A stretch of 64,000 bases of DNA, taken from the IMG/VR virus record IMGVR_UViG_3300010885_088079. One strand, given 5' to 3'. Under the pieces are notes generated by a model. The model ran no database searches, had not been told where the DNA came from, and saw nothing but the letters and a program-made list of their open reading frames with translations. This document shows positions 27,790-38,045 of the stretch, piece after piece (the stretch's first letter is position 1; each line of letters begins with the position of its first letter). Made by a program: the position numbers and the translations under genes. This DNA comes from an uncultured virus (IMG/VR IMGVR_UViG_3300010885_088079) (lineage: Duplodnaviria > Heunggongvirae > Uroviricota > Caudoviricetes).

Positions 27790-29192
27790 ACGCACTTAAA
27801 ATATCTAACGACTTCTCTTACTTCTTGTCTTCTAACGAAGAAATTAGACAAGAGCTTTGGGATAGATTGAGGTTTAGAGAAAAAAATTATTTTCACAACC
27901 GTGCCTACAAGATGAGAAAATGGGACGGTTACATAGAATTCTTTGATAAAAATACAGGAAAGTTTTTAACTGGCTTGCTCCCAGAAGTTAGTGCTTTTCT
28001 CCGACATAAAAATGTAGAATATACTGTAGAAGACCTTAGACAATTAACAGAGTTCAACATCAAAGAAGTTAATGAGTCTTTTCTCAATGAAGGAGAGACT
28101 CCTGTAGAACTTAGAGACTATCAAGTTGAGTTAATTAATCAAGTAATCAAGCACAGAAGAGGGATTATATTTGCACCAACCTCAGCTGGCAAGAGCTTGA
28201 TAATGATTGGCATTATAAAGACTTTGAAACCCGATACGCCGGTGCTGGTGCTTCAAAATAGGCTTTCGCTTGCACAACAGAATTATGATGAATTAGTAAG
28301 GTTGAAGTTTCCAAATGTTGGTAATGTGTGGGGAGGAAGCGTAAAACCAAACATTATCACTGTAGCCAGTGTGCAGTCTGTTGCTAAAATTGAGAAACTT
28401 TTGCCTAAAATAAAAGTTTTGATAGTAGATGAAATTCACGACATGATGAGTAGACTACCAAAAGCAGTTTATAGAAGATTAAAGGCTGCGGATGTTAGGG
28501 TTGCTGTGAGTGCCACGCCTTTTAAGTTTGGTGGTAAGGATAATGTACAAAAGTTTAGTGTTAGAGGATACTTTGGTCCAATATTTAAGGTTAAGTCTGC
28601 CGCCGAAGGTATACTGACAACCTCTGAGTTACAATCTAGAGGTATACTTTCTAGTTCTAAATGTATATTCTATCCAATTAGAGAACCTCAAATACCCCAT
28701 GATATTTACATAGACGCCGTTACAAGAGGCATAGCTGAGAACTTTCACTTCCATAAAATTGTTAGCGGTCTTGCTAAGAGACAAAAAGGAAGAACGCTAA
28801 TTTTGGTTGATCGAATAGCACATGGAGACGTTCTTAACAATCTTATTCCTAACAGTTTGTGGATCCAAGGAAAAGATGATGCGGATACTCGAAAGAGTGT
28901 TATTAAAGAGCTTCAAAAATCAGAACAATGTATAGCAATAGCCACTCAGCAAATATTCAACACAGGTATCAACGTATACATACACAATTTGATTAATGCT
29001 GCGGGCGGCCAGGCAGACCATCAGATAATTCAGAGAATGGGTCGAGGACTAAGAACTGCCGATGATAAGGAGATACTGAATTACTATGACTTCTTGTTCG
29101 AGATTAATGAATATTTAGAAAAGCATTCTAGGAAAAGAATAAAGATATTAAAACAGCAAGGGCATGAAGTTTCCGTTGAGGAGCTAGAATGA
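27786..29192 (+). CDS. uvsW: UvsW-like SF2 DNA helicase
   Basis: KWDGYI, LRDYQ, APTSAGKS, VDEIH, SAT, FNTGIN, QRMGRGLR. Confidence 0.88.
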   Translation: MNALKISNDFSYFLSSNEEIRQELWDRLRFREKNYFHNRAYKMRKWDGYIEFFDKNTGKFLTGLLPEVSAFLRHKNVEYTVEDLRQLTEFNIKEVNESFLNEGETPVELRDYQVELINQVIKHRRGIIFAPTSAGKSLIMIGIIKTLKPDTPVLVLQNRLSLAQQNYDELVRLKFPNVGNVWGGSVKPNIITVASVQSVAKIEKLLPKIKVLIVDEIHDMMSRLPKAVYRRLKAADVRVAVSATPFKFGGKDNVQKFSVRGYFGPIFKVKSAAEGILTTSELQSRGILSSSKCIFYPIREPQIPHDIYIDAVTRGIAENFHFHKIVSGLAKRQKGRTLILVDRIAHGDVLNNLIPNSLWIQGKDDADTRKSVIKELQKSEQCIAIATQQIFNTGINVYIHNLINAAGGQADHQIIQRMGRGLRTADDKEILNYYDFLFEINEYLEKHSRKRIKILKQQGHEVSVEELE

Positions 29193-29518
29193 ATCTGCAC
29201 ACATACGACCCGGACCAAGACATTGAGTTTTATATACAGCAAAATAACGTGATGACGCAGAGATACTCTGCTTTATTTAACAAGAGAAAAATATCTTGGA
29301 AAAACTACATAGATGTTGCTAACAAAAAACTTGGTAACAACATCTATTTTATATGGATATTTTTATGTGGTTTAGACACTTTTTTAAAGGCCAATAACAA
29401 CTTAGACTTTGAAAACAAAAAAACACTTATGAAATCTTTGTATAAGGACGCAGAAGAAAGAATTTATCGAATAATAGGCGACAGTAGAAAGAATGAAGAA
29501 TACATAAGGTCTTTATGA
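29189..29518 (+). CDS. Hypothetical protein
   Basis: 109 aa; ATGA overlap with uvsW. Confidence 0.65.
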   Translation: MNLHTYDPDQDIEFYIQQNNVMTQRYSALFNKRKISWKNYIDVANKKLGNNIYFIWIFLCGLDTFLKANNNLDFENKKTLMKSLYKDAEERIYRIIGDSRKNEEYIRSL

Positions 29519-29658
29519 AAAATATAACATCCTACTTTTTGGTAATAACGTTATCTTTGATTTACTTTTTTTCTGGTTATGTGCTGGGTTTTTATCAGGG
29601 CACTATATCTGCTTATAAAGAGAGAACCAAGCAAATAAACGAAGTATTTGAAAAGTGA
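29515..29658 (+). CDS. 47-aa membrane peptide (not in ORF track)
   Basis: MKNITSYFLVITLSLIYFFSGYVLGFYQG...; ATGA overlap with the upstream stop. Confidence 0.5.
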   Translation: MKNITSYFLVITLSLIYFFSGYVLGFYQGTISAYKERTKQINEVFEK

Positions 29659-29916
29659 TTAGATCATTAACTTTGCGATATCGTTTATAGTTCCTAACTT
29701 GCTTCTTATCTGGTTTTCTATTCTTTTTCTTTTTTCTTGATTTAAGCTTTTATACTCACCTAGCTCACTTAGTTTATTTACAAAACGCTCGGGATCTACT
29801 GTGTTTAAACTTTGATTTAGACTTTGATTGTCTGGTCCTATTTTAGATAAAATTAGGTTTTGATAGTACTTTAAGTCTTTTATTTCTTCCAGATAGAGCC
29901 ACTTTTTGTAGTTCAT
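29659..29916 (-). CDS. Hypothetical protein, CTS-like N-terminus
   Basis: Preferred start 29916 (MNYKKWLYLEE), directly after TAGATATATA. Confidence 0.6.
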   Translation of the reverse strand: MNYKKWLYLEEIKDLKYYQNLILSKIGPDNQSLNQSLNTVDPERFVNKLSELGEYKSLNQEKRKRIENQIRSKLGTINDIAKLMI

Positions 29917-29961
29917 AATAGATATATATCTAATAGCAAAGATATTATTCAAGGAGGTATT

Positions 29962-30333
29962 ATGAAATACTTTGTGCTATTAGTGTGCTTTTTTTTATCT
30001 AGTGTCTGCTTATCTGCGGACCTTACCTACGATGAGGCTATAAAGCTAGCCGACAAAACAGACAAAAAAGTTTTCTTGTACTTCGGAGCAGAATGGTGTG
30101 GGTATTGTGGAAAGATGAAACAGGTTTTTGGCGATGATGAAGTTGCTAAAAAGCTAGACGATCATATAATAATATTTGTAGACACAGATAAAAACCCACA
30201 GCTTAAAAAGAAACTTTCTGTAAAAACTATACCAGACTATATGCTAATTGATGGCAAAGAAGATGTTTTGAAGAGAAATAAAGGCTACATGTCTAAGGAA
30301 ACATTTATCAGGTGGTTGGATAACACTCAATGA
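29962..30333 (+). CDS. Thioredoxin-family protein with signal peptide
   Basis: MKYFVLLVCFFLSSVCLSA; WCGYC; TIP cis-Pro; AAGGAGG RBS. Confidence 0.85.
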   Translation: MKYFVLLVCFFLSSVCLSADLTYDEAIKLADKTDKKVFLYFGAEWCGYCGKMKQVFGDDEVAKKLDDHIIIFVDTDKNPQLKKKLSVKTIPDYMLIDGKEDVLKRNKGYMSKETFIRWLDNTQ

Positions 30334-31424
30334 TTTTTGATTATTTAATAGTTGGATCTGGTTTTTTTGGTCTTACTTTTGCAAGACTAGTAGCAGAGTT
30401 AGGAAAGAGTGTTTTAGTTGTAGACAAGAGAGACCATATTGGTGGTAACTGCTACACCGAAAAAATAGAAGGAATAGATGTACACAAATATGGTCCTCAT
30501 GTTTTCCACACCAATGATTTAGAAGTTTGGAGATTTGTAAATAGATTCTCAATCTTTAACAACTACCAGCATAGAGTTAAAGTTAACTTTAAAGAAAAGA
30601 TATACTCATTTCCTATAAATTTAATGACCCTATATCAACTTTGGGGGGTCACAACACCGGAACAAGCAAAATGTAAATTAGATTCTGTTAAAATTACATC
30701 TAATAATTTAGATAACATTGAGAGCTGGGTTTTATCACAGGTTGGAAAAGACATATATGAAATTTTTATACAAGGTTATACCGCCAAGCAATGGGGCAAA
30801 GATCCTAAAGTTCTACCTTCATTTATAATTAAGAGACTGCCAATTAGATTGAACTACAATGACAATTACTTTAATGATACTTATCAAGGTATACCTAGTG
30901 ACGGCTATACGAGTTTGTTTGAGAACATGATGGACCATAAAAATATTCAAATAAACTTAAACGTTGATTTTTTTGAAAACAAAAATTACCTAATGGGCCT
31001 GGCCAAACAAGTTGTTTACACTGGTAAGATAGATGAATTTTATGACTATCAATTTGGTAGATTAGAATATAGATCTTTAGAGTTTAATTCCAAGATTATG
31101 AATGGAACTTATCAAGGTTGTTCAATAATAAACTATACGGACAAAGAAGTACCGTTTACTAGAGTTGTAGAACATAAACACTTCAGCCAGAAAAACAATG
31201 ATAAAACTGTTGTTACCTGGGAGACTCCTAAACAATATTCACAGGGTGTTACACCCTATTACCCTGTGAACGATGACAAAAACAATGAGGTATATTCTAA
31301 GTACAAGAAATTAAGTTTAGATAGTAATGTTATTTTTGGAGGAAGGCTAGGCAGCTACAGGTACATGGATATGCATCAAGTAATAGCATCAGCAATGAAG
31401 ATGTCTAGCATTTCAATTAAATAA
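30330..31424 (+). CDS. glf: UDP-galactopyranose mutase
   Basis: GSGFFG, HIGGNCY, HKYGPHVFHT, YTAKQWG, PYYP, GRLGSYRYMDMHQ. Confidence 0.95.
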   Translation: MIFDYLIVGSGFFGLTFARLVAELGKSVLVVDKRDHIGGNCYTEKIEGIDVHKYGPHVFHTNDLEVWRFVNRFSIFNNYQHRVKVNFKEKIYSFPINLMTLYQLWGVTTPEQAKCKLDSVKITSNNLDNIESWVLSQVGKDIYEIFIQGYTAKQWGKDPKVLPSFIIKRLPIRLNYNDNYFNDTYQGIPSDGYTSLFENMMDHKNIQINLNVDFFENKNYLMGLAKQVVYTGKIDEFYDYQFGRLEYRSLEFNSKIMNGTYQGCSIINYTDKEVPFTRVVEHKHFSQKNNDKTVVTWETPKQYSQGVTPYYPVNDDKNNEVYSKYKKLSLDSNVIFGGRLGSYRYMDMHQVIASAMKMSSISIK

Positions 31425-32391
31425 ACTGCTTCACAACAGTTTCGCCTTTCCATAAACTTATTCTTTTAAGTGCTTCTTTTTTTGCATCTTCAAACCATTC
31501 TTTGGTCTTTTCAAAGTATTTGGGGCTATACATCTTAGCTGCAGTATAGCTCCTAAAGTGATCTATGTTTTCATCTAAAGTTCTTGCTTGATTTTCTTCT
31601 TTGCCTATTAAATATGGGACTATTTTATTTTCTCTTAGGATATAGTTTCCAAGTATTTCTGTGTCGGGCCAATTTGGTCTCATTGGGTCTGGCTGGTAGT
31701 CTACTAGGTTATACTTATTACAAAGTTTCCTTAAGCTCCAAGCAAAATTTATTTTATCCATAACCTTCATGTCATACATGGAAGCAGTGTGACTTACCAT
31801 CCCAACCCAATCTTCGTGAGCTCTGGGGCTAAGTTCATAACCTACTGCTGGAGACTTTGTCTTACAGAGATCCAGCAGTTCTTCTATTAGCGTTCTTTTT
31901 CTTAGAAAGCAGTCCGCATGTGTGGCGAATAGATATGGAGTTCTACACAATGTAAATGCCAAATCCATAGCCATTGCTGGATAATCCGATGGATGCCTCA
32001 CTCCATTTAAAGATATTGTGTGAACTTCTACATCTATATTTTTTAATTCTAATACTTTTTTAATTTCATCTTTAAGGCTACCTGTATCAATTATCATGAT
32101 AAACGGATTTAAAGTTTGTAGCCTGAGAATCTCTATGCAGATCTCTAAAGTTTCAAAAGTGTTTAAGCATGGTATGACTGCTGTTACCTCATAATCCCAG
32201 GGTTTTTTTATAACGTTGCCCTCCCATGGCTTGTTAATTGTCAATTCTCCATATATTGGGGATGTCTCAACATCACCAATTATAATCTCTACCCATTCTT
32301 TTGTGGTTTTAAGAAATATGTAATTTTTGTTTCCTTCTACTCTTTTAAATTTATCACAAGTTTTCGCCCAGCGTTGTTTTGATATAATCAT
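31417..32391 (-). CDS. GT2-family glycosyltransferase
   Basis: VTAVIP, IIDTGS, ATHADCF. Confidence 0.7.
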   Translation of the reverse strand: MIISKQRWAKTCDKFKRVEGNKNYIFLKTTKEWVEIIIGDVETSPIYGELTINKPWEGNVIKKPWDYEVTAVIPCLNTFETLEICIEILRLQTLNPFIMIIDTGSLKDEIKKVLELKNIDVEVHTISLNGVRHPSDYPAMAMDLAFTLCRTPYLFATHADCFLRKRTLIEELLDLCKTKSPAVGYELSPRAHEDWVGMVSHTASMYDMKVMDKINFAWSLRKLCNKYNLVDYQPDPMRPNWPDTEILGNYILRENKIVPYLIGKEENQARTLDENIDHFRSYTAAKMYSPKYFEKTKEWFEDAKKEALKRISLWKGETVVKQFI

Positions 32392-32433
32392 TGTTGCTTC
32401 TTTTTAAATTAATATAGTGTTTATTTTCTAATT

Positions 32434-33294
32434 ATGTCTCAAACGTCAAGATTTTTTATTTTAGGTAGTCAACGTAGTGGAACTAATTTAATGCGTTTAA
32501 TTTTAGACTCTCATCCTAATTCATGGGTTTTTGGAGAGCCTACTGCTCATTGGTTGCTTGATAACAACCATTTAGACGATGTTGACAAAGCCGTGGAAAG
32601 ATGGTGTAGTAAAATAAATGTTGTTAGAAGAGAAAAAATTTTAGAAGAGGTAAAAGAGCTGAAAAAAAAGAATTTACTTTATTTTGGCTATACAACACCC
32701 GGTTGGACGGAGCTGTTCTTAGAGTATGATTGCATAAAAAATAAGCTTAAAGAAATACCTAAAATCATATTCATGATTAGGAATCCTTTCGATGTAGTTT
32801 CTTCTATAATTAAGTTAAACGATTTTGCTGTGACAACTATCAAGACTATGGAGTTATGGATGACGGACAGCAACAGAATTTTTAAGAAACGTTATTTTAA
32901 GTTTCTTCATAAAGATGATAATTTTTGGAAGGTGCGGTGGTTCGCTGTTTACTGGAATTATAAAACCCAAGCATACTTTGACATGCAGAAAGATCCCTAC
33001 TATAATGCATTAGGTGTTAGGTATGAAGAACTATGCACTCAGCCTAAAAACACAGTAAGCAAAATTTGTGAATTTTTAGGAATGAGTTGGCATGATGATC
33101 TTTTAAATCACGAGTGCAAGAAACACTTCGAGACGATAAACAATGTTACGAATGGAGGGACAGTGGCAAGTCGAGGTATAGACCTATCATCTTTAAATAA
33201 AAACGAAATAACACAAGCAGAGCGTGAAGTGATACTAGAAGTCAATGAAGAATTAATATCTCAAATAGGAAGTTGTAATGATTTTAGAGGATAA
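32434..33294 (+). CDS. Sulfotransferase
   Basis: 5'-PSB GSQRSGTNLM, 3'-PB IRNPFDVVSS, VRYEEL, ICEFLG. Confidence 0.88.
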   Translation: MSQTSRFFILGSQRSGTNLMRLILDSHPNSWVFGEPTAHWLLDNNHLDDVDKAVERWCSKINVVRREKILEEVKELKKKNLLYFGYTTPGWTELFLEYDCIKNKLKEIPKIIFMIRNPFDVVSSIIKLNDFAVTTIKTMELWMTDSNRIFKKRYFKFLHKDDNFWKVRWFAVYWNYKTQAYFDMQKDPYYNALGVRYEELCTQPKNTVSKICEFLGMSWHDDLLNHECKKHFETINNVTNGGTVASRGIDLSSLNKNEITQAEREVILEVNEELISQIGSCNDFRG

Positions 33295-34234
33295 TGGATT
33301 TTTAGATATAAAGTATTGCGAAGATAATTCAGCTTTAAGCAAAAAAATCACTTCCATTATTGCGACTTCCCAATGTCCCATTAATGTGATGATGTGTTCT
33401 GTATTTTCTTTATTAATTAGGAGTAACCCTGAATTTTTAGAACATGTTATAGTTTCAATTAATGGACCAGATAAAAGAACTGGGTCTACACAGGTTCAAG
33501 ATAAAAAACAAAGTTTTTTTGAGGAACTAAGGAGCTTAACCTGGCATGGAAAAGATATGCCACTTACAGTAATCCGTGCATGGAGCCGTTTAGGACATGC
33601 TCAAGCTATTGAAATGGGCATACCTTGGGTGCATACGCAGTTTTATCATTTAATGCATGACGATGTTATTGTTCTTAAAGATTGGACCGATCTTAGTGCT
33701 TTTGATCAAGATCCAAAGTTGTGTATCGTGGGTCCATATCCTTTATTTAATGTATTTCTAGACAGTGGAGTCTACAAAGGAGAAAATAAGTTGGGTTTTG
33801 CTAACCTTAACACATCTTTTTTGTTATGTAATAAAAGCATTCTTAACAAATTGGGAACAAGATGGATAGGTTATCACTTACAAGATAAGTTTGAAATTTC
33901 TGATCAGAAGTCATTCGTAGAGTATCATGCTTCTAAAAACAATATAGCCCAAGAAAAAGGAGTTCAAGTTATAAACCATACTCTAGATCAGACTGTGTCT
34001 AAGCAATTTAGCTATGTTAATGTTGACATAGGCGGTGCTGTGTTTTATAGGTTAATTGATGCTGGGTATTCGTTGGGTTTAATGCAACCAGATGTATCAT
34101 TGCACATTGGTGGTCAAAGTTGGAACAAGAATGATAGATTTATTAAAAGCATAGGGCTTGTCAGACAACTAGAGAAGGATCTTTTTAGGTACCCTGATTA
34201 TTGGCATCTTTACAAAAAGTATTACGAATCTTAA
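33278..34234 (+). CDS. GT-A fold glycosyltransferase-like protein
   Basis: LGHAQAIE, HLMHDDVIV, DIG, HIGGQSW. Confidence 0.65.
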   Translation: MILEDNGFLDIKYCEDNSALSKKITSIIATSQCPINVMMCSVFSLLIRSNPEFLEHVIVSINGPDKRTGSTQVQDKKQSFFEELRSLTWHGKDMPLTVIRAWSRLGHAQAIEMGIPWVHTQFYHLMHDDVIVLKDWTDLSAFDQDPKLCIVGPYPLFNVFLDSGVYKGENKLGFANLNTSFLLCNKSILNKLGTRWIGYHLQDKFEISDQKSFVEYHASKNNIAQEKGVQVINHTLDQTVSKQFSYVNVDIGGAVFYRLIDAGYSLGLMQPDVSLHIGGQSWNKNDRFIKSIGLVRQLEKDLFRYPDYWHLYKKYYES

Positions 34235-34239
34235 TATGT

Positions 34240-35151
34240 ATGAATGACAAAAACTTTTATGGTGATTTAAAAACTGATGTACTCGATCAAGCAGAAGTGT
34301 ACCCTTATATTGAAGGTAAATATGGAGTATATTTTAATGGGTCTATTTTAAGCGATAGTCTTACAAAAAGACATGGTACACAAAGCACCTTTAATGAAGT
34401 AGTTAGTAATAAAAAAACTAATTTACATTTAGATAAAGCCATTTATGGTGGATTGCTTCTTACTCATTATGGTCATTTTGTTTTCGAATCTTTATCTAGA
34501 CTGTGGTACACTAGAATAGATAAAGATTCCCCAATAATATTTTGTTCAAAGCAAAAAGAGATTAAAAAATATCAAAAAGAAATTTTTGATATTTTAGGTA
34601 TAAAGAACCATGTAATAATAGCAAAAGAGCCAATCGCCGTTAATGAACTCACAATGCCCACACCAGGGGCAAGAATAAGAGACTACTTATCAGAACATCA
34701 CGAGAGCTTTTTAGCTTGCTGCCCGTATGTAGAAGAAAATGCAACAAGATGTATTTGGCTATCTAGATCTAGCTTAAAAAGATTTGTTCACAAAGTAAAC
34801 AATGAAGATGAACTAGAAAAAGCACTTAAAAAAATTGGCTGGGAAATATTTAACCCACAAGATTTTTCTGTCGCTGAACAGGTCCAGATTTTGTCTGAGT
34901 CAAAGAGGATAGCTGGTTTTGTTGGATCCGCATTTCACACTTTATTATTGATCAAAAACTTCTCTGGACAAGTCATTATATTTCAACGCAATCCGCATAA
35001 TGGCAATAAAAGAAAAATAAGCGAAACATACCATACAATAGCAAATACTAAGAAAATAAACCAAACAGTTATAAGACCAGATATAGAGTTTATAAATCAA
35101 AAACAAAGTTTTATAAGAGACATTTCAACAATTATAAATGTATTAAAATAG
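34240..35151 (+). CDS. GT61/DUF563-like glycosyltransferase
   Basis: HYGHFVFESLSRLW, IWLSRS, NEDELE, SVAEQV, GSAFH. Confidence 0.8.
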   Translation: MNDKNFYGDLKTDVLDQAEVYPYIEGKYGVYFNGSILSDSLTKRHGTQSTFNEVVSNKKTNLHLDKAIYGGLLLTHYGHFVFESLSRLWYTRIDKDSPIIFCSKQKEIKKYQKEIFDILGIKNHVIIAKEPIAVNELTMPTPGARIRDYLSEHHESFLACCPYVEENATRCIWLSRSSLKRFVHKVNNEDELEKALKKIGWEIFNPQDFSVAEQVQILSESKRIAGFVGSAFHTLLLIKNFSGQVIIFQRNPHNGNKRKISETYHTIANTKKINQTVIRPDIEFINQKQSFIRDISTIINVLK

Positions 35152-35160
35152 AAAAAAATA

Positions 35161-36381
35161 ATGATTAATATAAACCTAGTAAAAGAAAATGAATTAGAAA
35201 GGCTTGTTGACAATAAAGGGAATGTCACAAATAGGATATCTTTAAACAATAACAATCACAACAAAATAATTAAGATATCTCCTTGGCATCCTGAGCACTA
35301 CTCTTCTATTATATTATACAAAGTAAAACTCTGGGCGGAAAAAAACAACGTAAGAGTTGTAGCTGAGGCTAATTCAAACTATTTGCCGGCCATTAGTCAG
35401 ATAGCAGATGAGATTTACTTACAGGAGGTTGTTGGAAATAGGTATTTTGTAGACGCAACATGCAAAAAATGCAAGAATCCTATAAAACTGAAGAGCTTAT
35501 TTTATTGTAAACAGTGCAACTTTGTTTATGACTATCCTAGTTGTCCTGTACATCAATCTAACTGCAAAAACTTTCGAGTAGGCTATTGCTCCTGTTGCAA
35601 TGACTTTATAGATACAAATGGAATTTGTCCTGCTGCTACTAGCAATTGTGTTCGAAAGTGTTCTTTTTTTAAAAATGCTCCCGGTAAATTTGAGAATGTG
35701 CTTGTAGATTATACAAATCCCAACCTAGATAGATCTCTTGGTAATTCAAAAGGTGACTTTTTGAATGTGGTAGCCGAACAAATATCTGACCAGGAGGTGG
35801 TTGAAAGGTTTGCATTCTCAAAAATTTATATATTAGAATCTGCTTACAAAAAGTTTTTGATTCATAAGGATAGTTTAAGAAACAACGTAATAATGTTGCA
35901 TACTAAAGCTGTTCATTACTCTATGTCTAGTTTCTTAGATAGTCACATCGTTTTGCCAACTGTAGATGTAGACTATCAAAAAGAGTTGATAGAAAAAGCT
36001 GGCTCTGATTATATGACTTTTCAACTTCTTGGTTCAATGTTTCTTAACTGGTTTTTTATTTGTCAAAGAGGGGCATCAAACATTCTTTGTATGTTACCTT
36101 TAAATAATATAGTTTTATGGGATGTGGTAAGTTATCCATACTCTAAAATAATAAGAGGACTAAATGTAGCTAGGTTTGGTAGCGTTGCTGATAATGTTCC
36201 TCTATTAGAAAATTGTTACTTAATAAATGGAAAAAGAGTTGAACTATATGAGTATATAATAGAAAACAAAGAGCATATAAATAACTTTATAAAAGAGGTT
36301 TTAATTATAAATCAAGCTCGTATTAATCAAGGTAGTTGTAATTTTTATGAGAATTGTAATAAATCACAACAACTACTATAA
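35161..36381 (+). CDS. Hypothetical protein with internal Cys-rich segment
   Basis: CKKC, CKQC, CPVH, CSCC, CVRKC clustered within the glycan operon. Confidence 0.65.
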   Translation: MININLVKENELERLVDNKGNVTNRISLNNNNHNKIIKISPWHPEHYSSIILYKVKLWAEKNNVRVVAEANSNYLPAISQIADEIYLQEVVGNRYFVDATCKKCKNPIKLKSLFYCKQCNFVYDYPSCPVHQSNCKNFRVGYCSCCNDFIDTNGICPAATSNCVRKCSFFKNAPGKFENVLVDYTNPNLDRSLGNSKGDFLNVVAEQISDQEVVERFAFSKIYILESAYKKFLIHKDSLRNNVIMLHTKAVHYSMSSFLDSHIVLPTVDVDYQKELIEKAGSDYMTFQLLGSMFLNWFFICQRGASNILCMLPLNNIVLWDVVSYPYSKIIRGLNVARFGSVADNVPLLENCYLINGKRVELYEYIIENKEHINNFIKEVLIINQARINQGSCNFYENCNKSQQLL

Positions 36382-37093
36382 AGGTGCTTTAAGAATTCTT
36401 TTTGAGTCTTTGCTAAAAACAGGATTTTCAGATTTTGATAAAATAATATTGGTGCAAGCTAACAGCAACCAAGAAGAGCCACCTATAAAGAAGAACCTAA
36501 GTGAAATTTTACCTGGTTTAAAAGAAGACATAATCTTCATCCAGACGAAAATGAATAACTTTGATTATAATGGATATCATGCCTTGTACAAATATAGAAG
36601 CAATTCTTTAGTCGAAGACATAGGCTACTTATATTTGTTAGACACTGTGACCTTCTGCAGGGATTTTAAAGAAAGATACAAAACAATATGTGACGTTTCT
36701 GTAAAACCGGATCAAATAATAAGTTGCCCTTTGCCTAACTCCAACATATGTATTTTTGGTAGAGAAGTAATTAGCAACTACAAAGATAACTTTTTAAGAC
36801 CCATTTCAAAGTCCCAAGCTATTTCTTTAGAACATAATAACCCCGTTTTTTTTGGTGATGGATTTAAAATGATGGGTTTGCCTAGTTTTGGCAACTTGTT
36901 TATAAGCGGTTATAGAAGATATCAAGGAGAAGAAGAAATATATAAAAAGGGTTTTTCAAGATACAAGGTCTATTACCCTTACATAGGAATTTTTAAGTGG
37001 ATTGGTAAAAGCCCAAGAGAGTCTTTAATAAATGATAAATCATCATCATATATAGAATATGGCGAACAGTACACAGACAAAAAATGGTTTTAG
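36347..37093 (+). CDS. Hypothetical, possibly GT-like
   Basis: 248 aa; YLYLLDT; operon context. Confidence 0.55.
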   Translation: MRIVINHNNYYKGALRILFESLLKTGFSDFDKIILVQANSNQEEPPIKKNLSEILPGLKEDIIFIQTKMNNFDYNGYHALYKYRSNSLVEDIGYLYLLDTVTFCRDFKERYKTICDVSVKPDQIISCPLPNSNICIFGREVISNYKDNFLRPISKSQAISLEHNNPVFFGDGFKMMGLPSFGNLFISGYRRYQGEEEIYKKGFSRYKVYYPYIGIFKWIGKSPRESLINDKSSSYIEYGEQYTDKKWF

Positions 37094-37101
37094 GAGGTTT
37101 A

Positions 37102-37344
37102 ATGTATAGCTTAGAACAATTAACTGCTATTAAGGACAAAATATTAGCCGACAGGGTATCAATTAAAGAGTCGATTAAATTTGTTGTTCCTGATTTTGAT
37201 TTGTTAGATCAAGAAGAGTACAAAAATATTTGTAGAGACTTGTTTGCTAACTTCAAAGAGCTCAGAAAAGAAGTTAAAATTATAGACCTTGAAATAAAGA
37301 TAAAGAATTTGAATGATAAAATCGAAAAGATGAAAAACTCTTAA
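37102..37344 (+). CDS. Hypothetical protein
   Basis: AGGAGG RBS before ATG 37102 (MYSLEQL...). Confidence 0.6.
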   Translation: MYSLEQLTAIKDKILADRVSIKESIKFVVPDFDLLDQEEYKNICRDLFANFKELRKEVKIIDLEIKIKNLNDKIEKMKNS

Positions 37345-37664
37345 TTTTCTTTAAAATATAATTCTAAAGCAGAAGCATAAAATTTTTGATTCTGCTTACA
37401 AAATTTGATTCTAACTTGACAATAGTCTTTGCTTCTATATTCTATCCAAGAAGATTTTTCCTCTATTCTCCACTTTAAATGATGGGGAATAAAAAGATTT
37501 TCTAAAGCAATGTTTTTTTTTAAGAACTCTATAGTAGGAATTTTCAATAACAATGCTTTGCTATAACCTTTTGCGATTTTAAGCCTTCCTTTGGTAAAAA
37601 AAATTGTTTTTTCATCTCCAGCAATTGGCAACAAAATTCTATTGTTATATCTCAACTTACTCAT
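37341..37664 (-). CDS. Hypothetical protein
   Basis: 107-aa ORF. Confidence 0.55.
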   Translation of the reverse strand: MSKLRYNNRILLPIAGDEKTIFFTKGRLKIAKGYSKALLLKIPTIEFLKKNIALENLFIPHHLKWRIEEKSSWIEYRSKDYCQVRIKFCKQNQKFYASALELYFKEN

Positions 37665-37691
37665 TTTAAACTTTTTTCTCTAAATACATCT

Positions 37692-38045
37692 ATGGACAAA
37701 CCTATACCAATACCAAAAAGAGCGTGCACTGGTACTCAAAGGATAACAAAGAATTATTTTTTGTCAATTCTGCCAAGCAGGCCAGATCCAACATATGTTA
37801 TCGAAGTATCCACTGGACAGAAGATAAGAATTGACTCCATAAACAGTGTACGCGAACCTTTAAACTTAAAGAATGGCCTATACAAGTACAAATATATGCC
37901 TATAGAAACTTATGAACCAAGAAAAATGCTTCTATCTCTAAAAGACAACGACTGGAGAATTTATAGCTTTAATCCTCTCACAAGAGAGATATGCTTTTCT
38001 ATAAAAGATCGTAAACTATCCTACACAGTCCCAGATTATTTCTGA
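37692..38045 (+). CDS. Hypothetical protein
   Basis: 117-aa ORF; CTAAATA just upstream. Confidence 0.6.
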   Translation: MDKPIPIPKRACTGTQRITKNYFLSILPSRPDPTYVIEVSTGQKIRIDSINSVREPLNLKNGLYKYKYMPIETYEPRKMLLSLKDNDWRIYSFNPLTREICFSIKDRKLSYTVPDYF

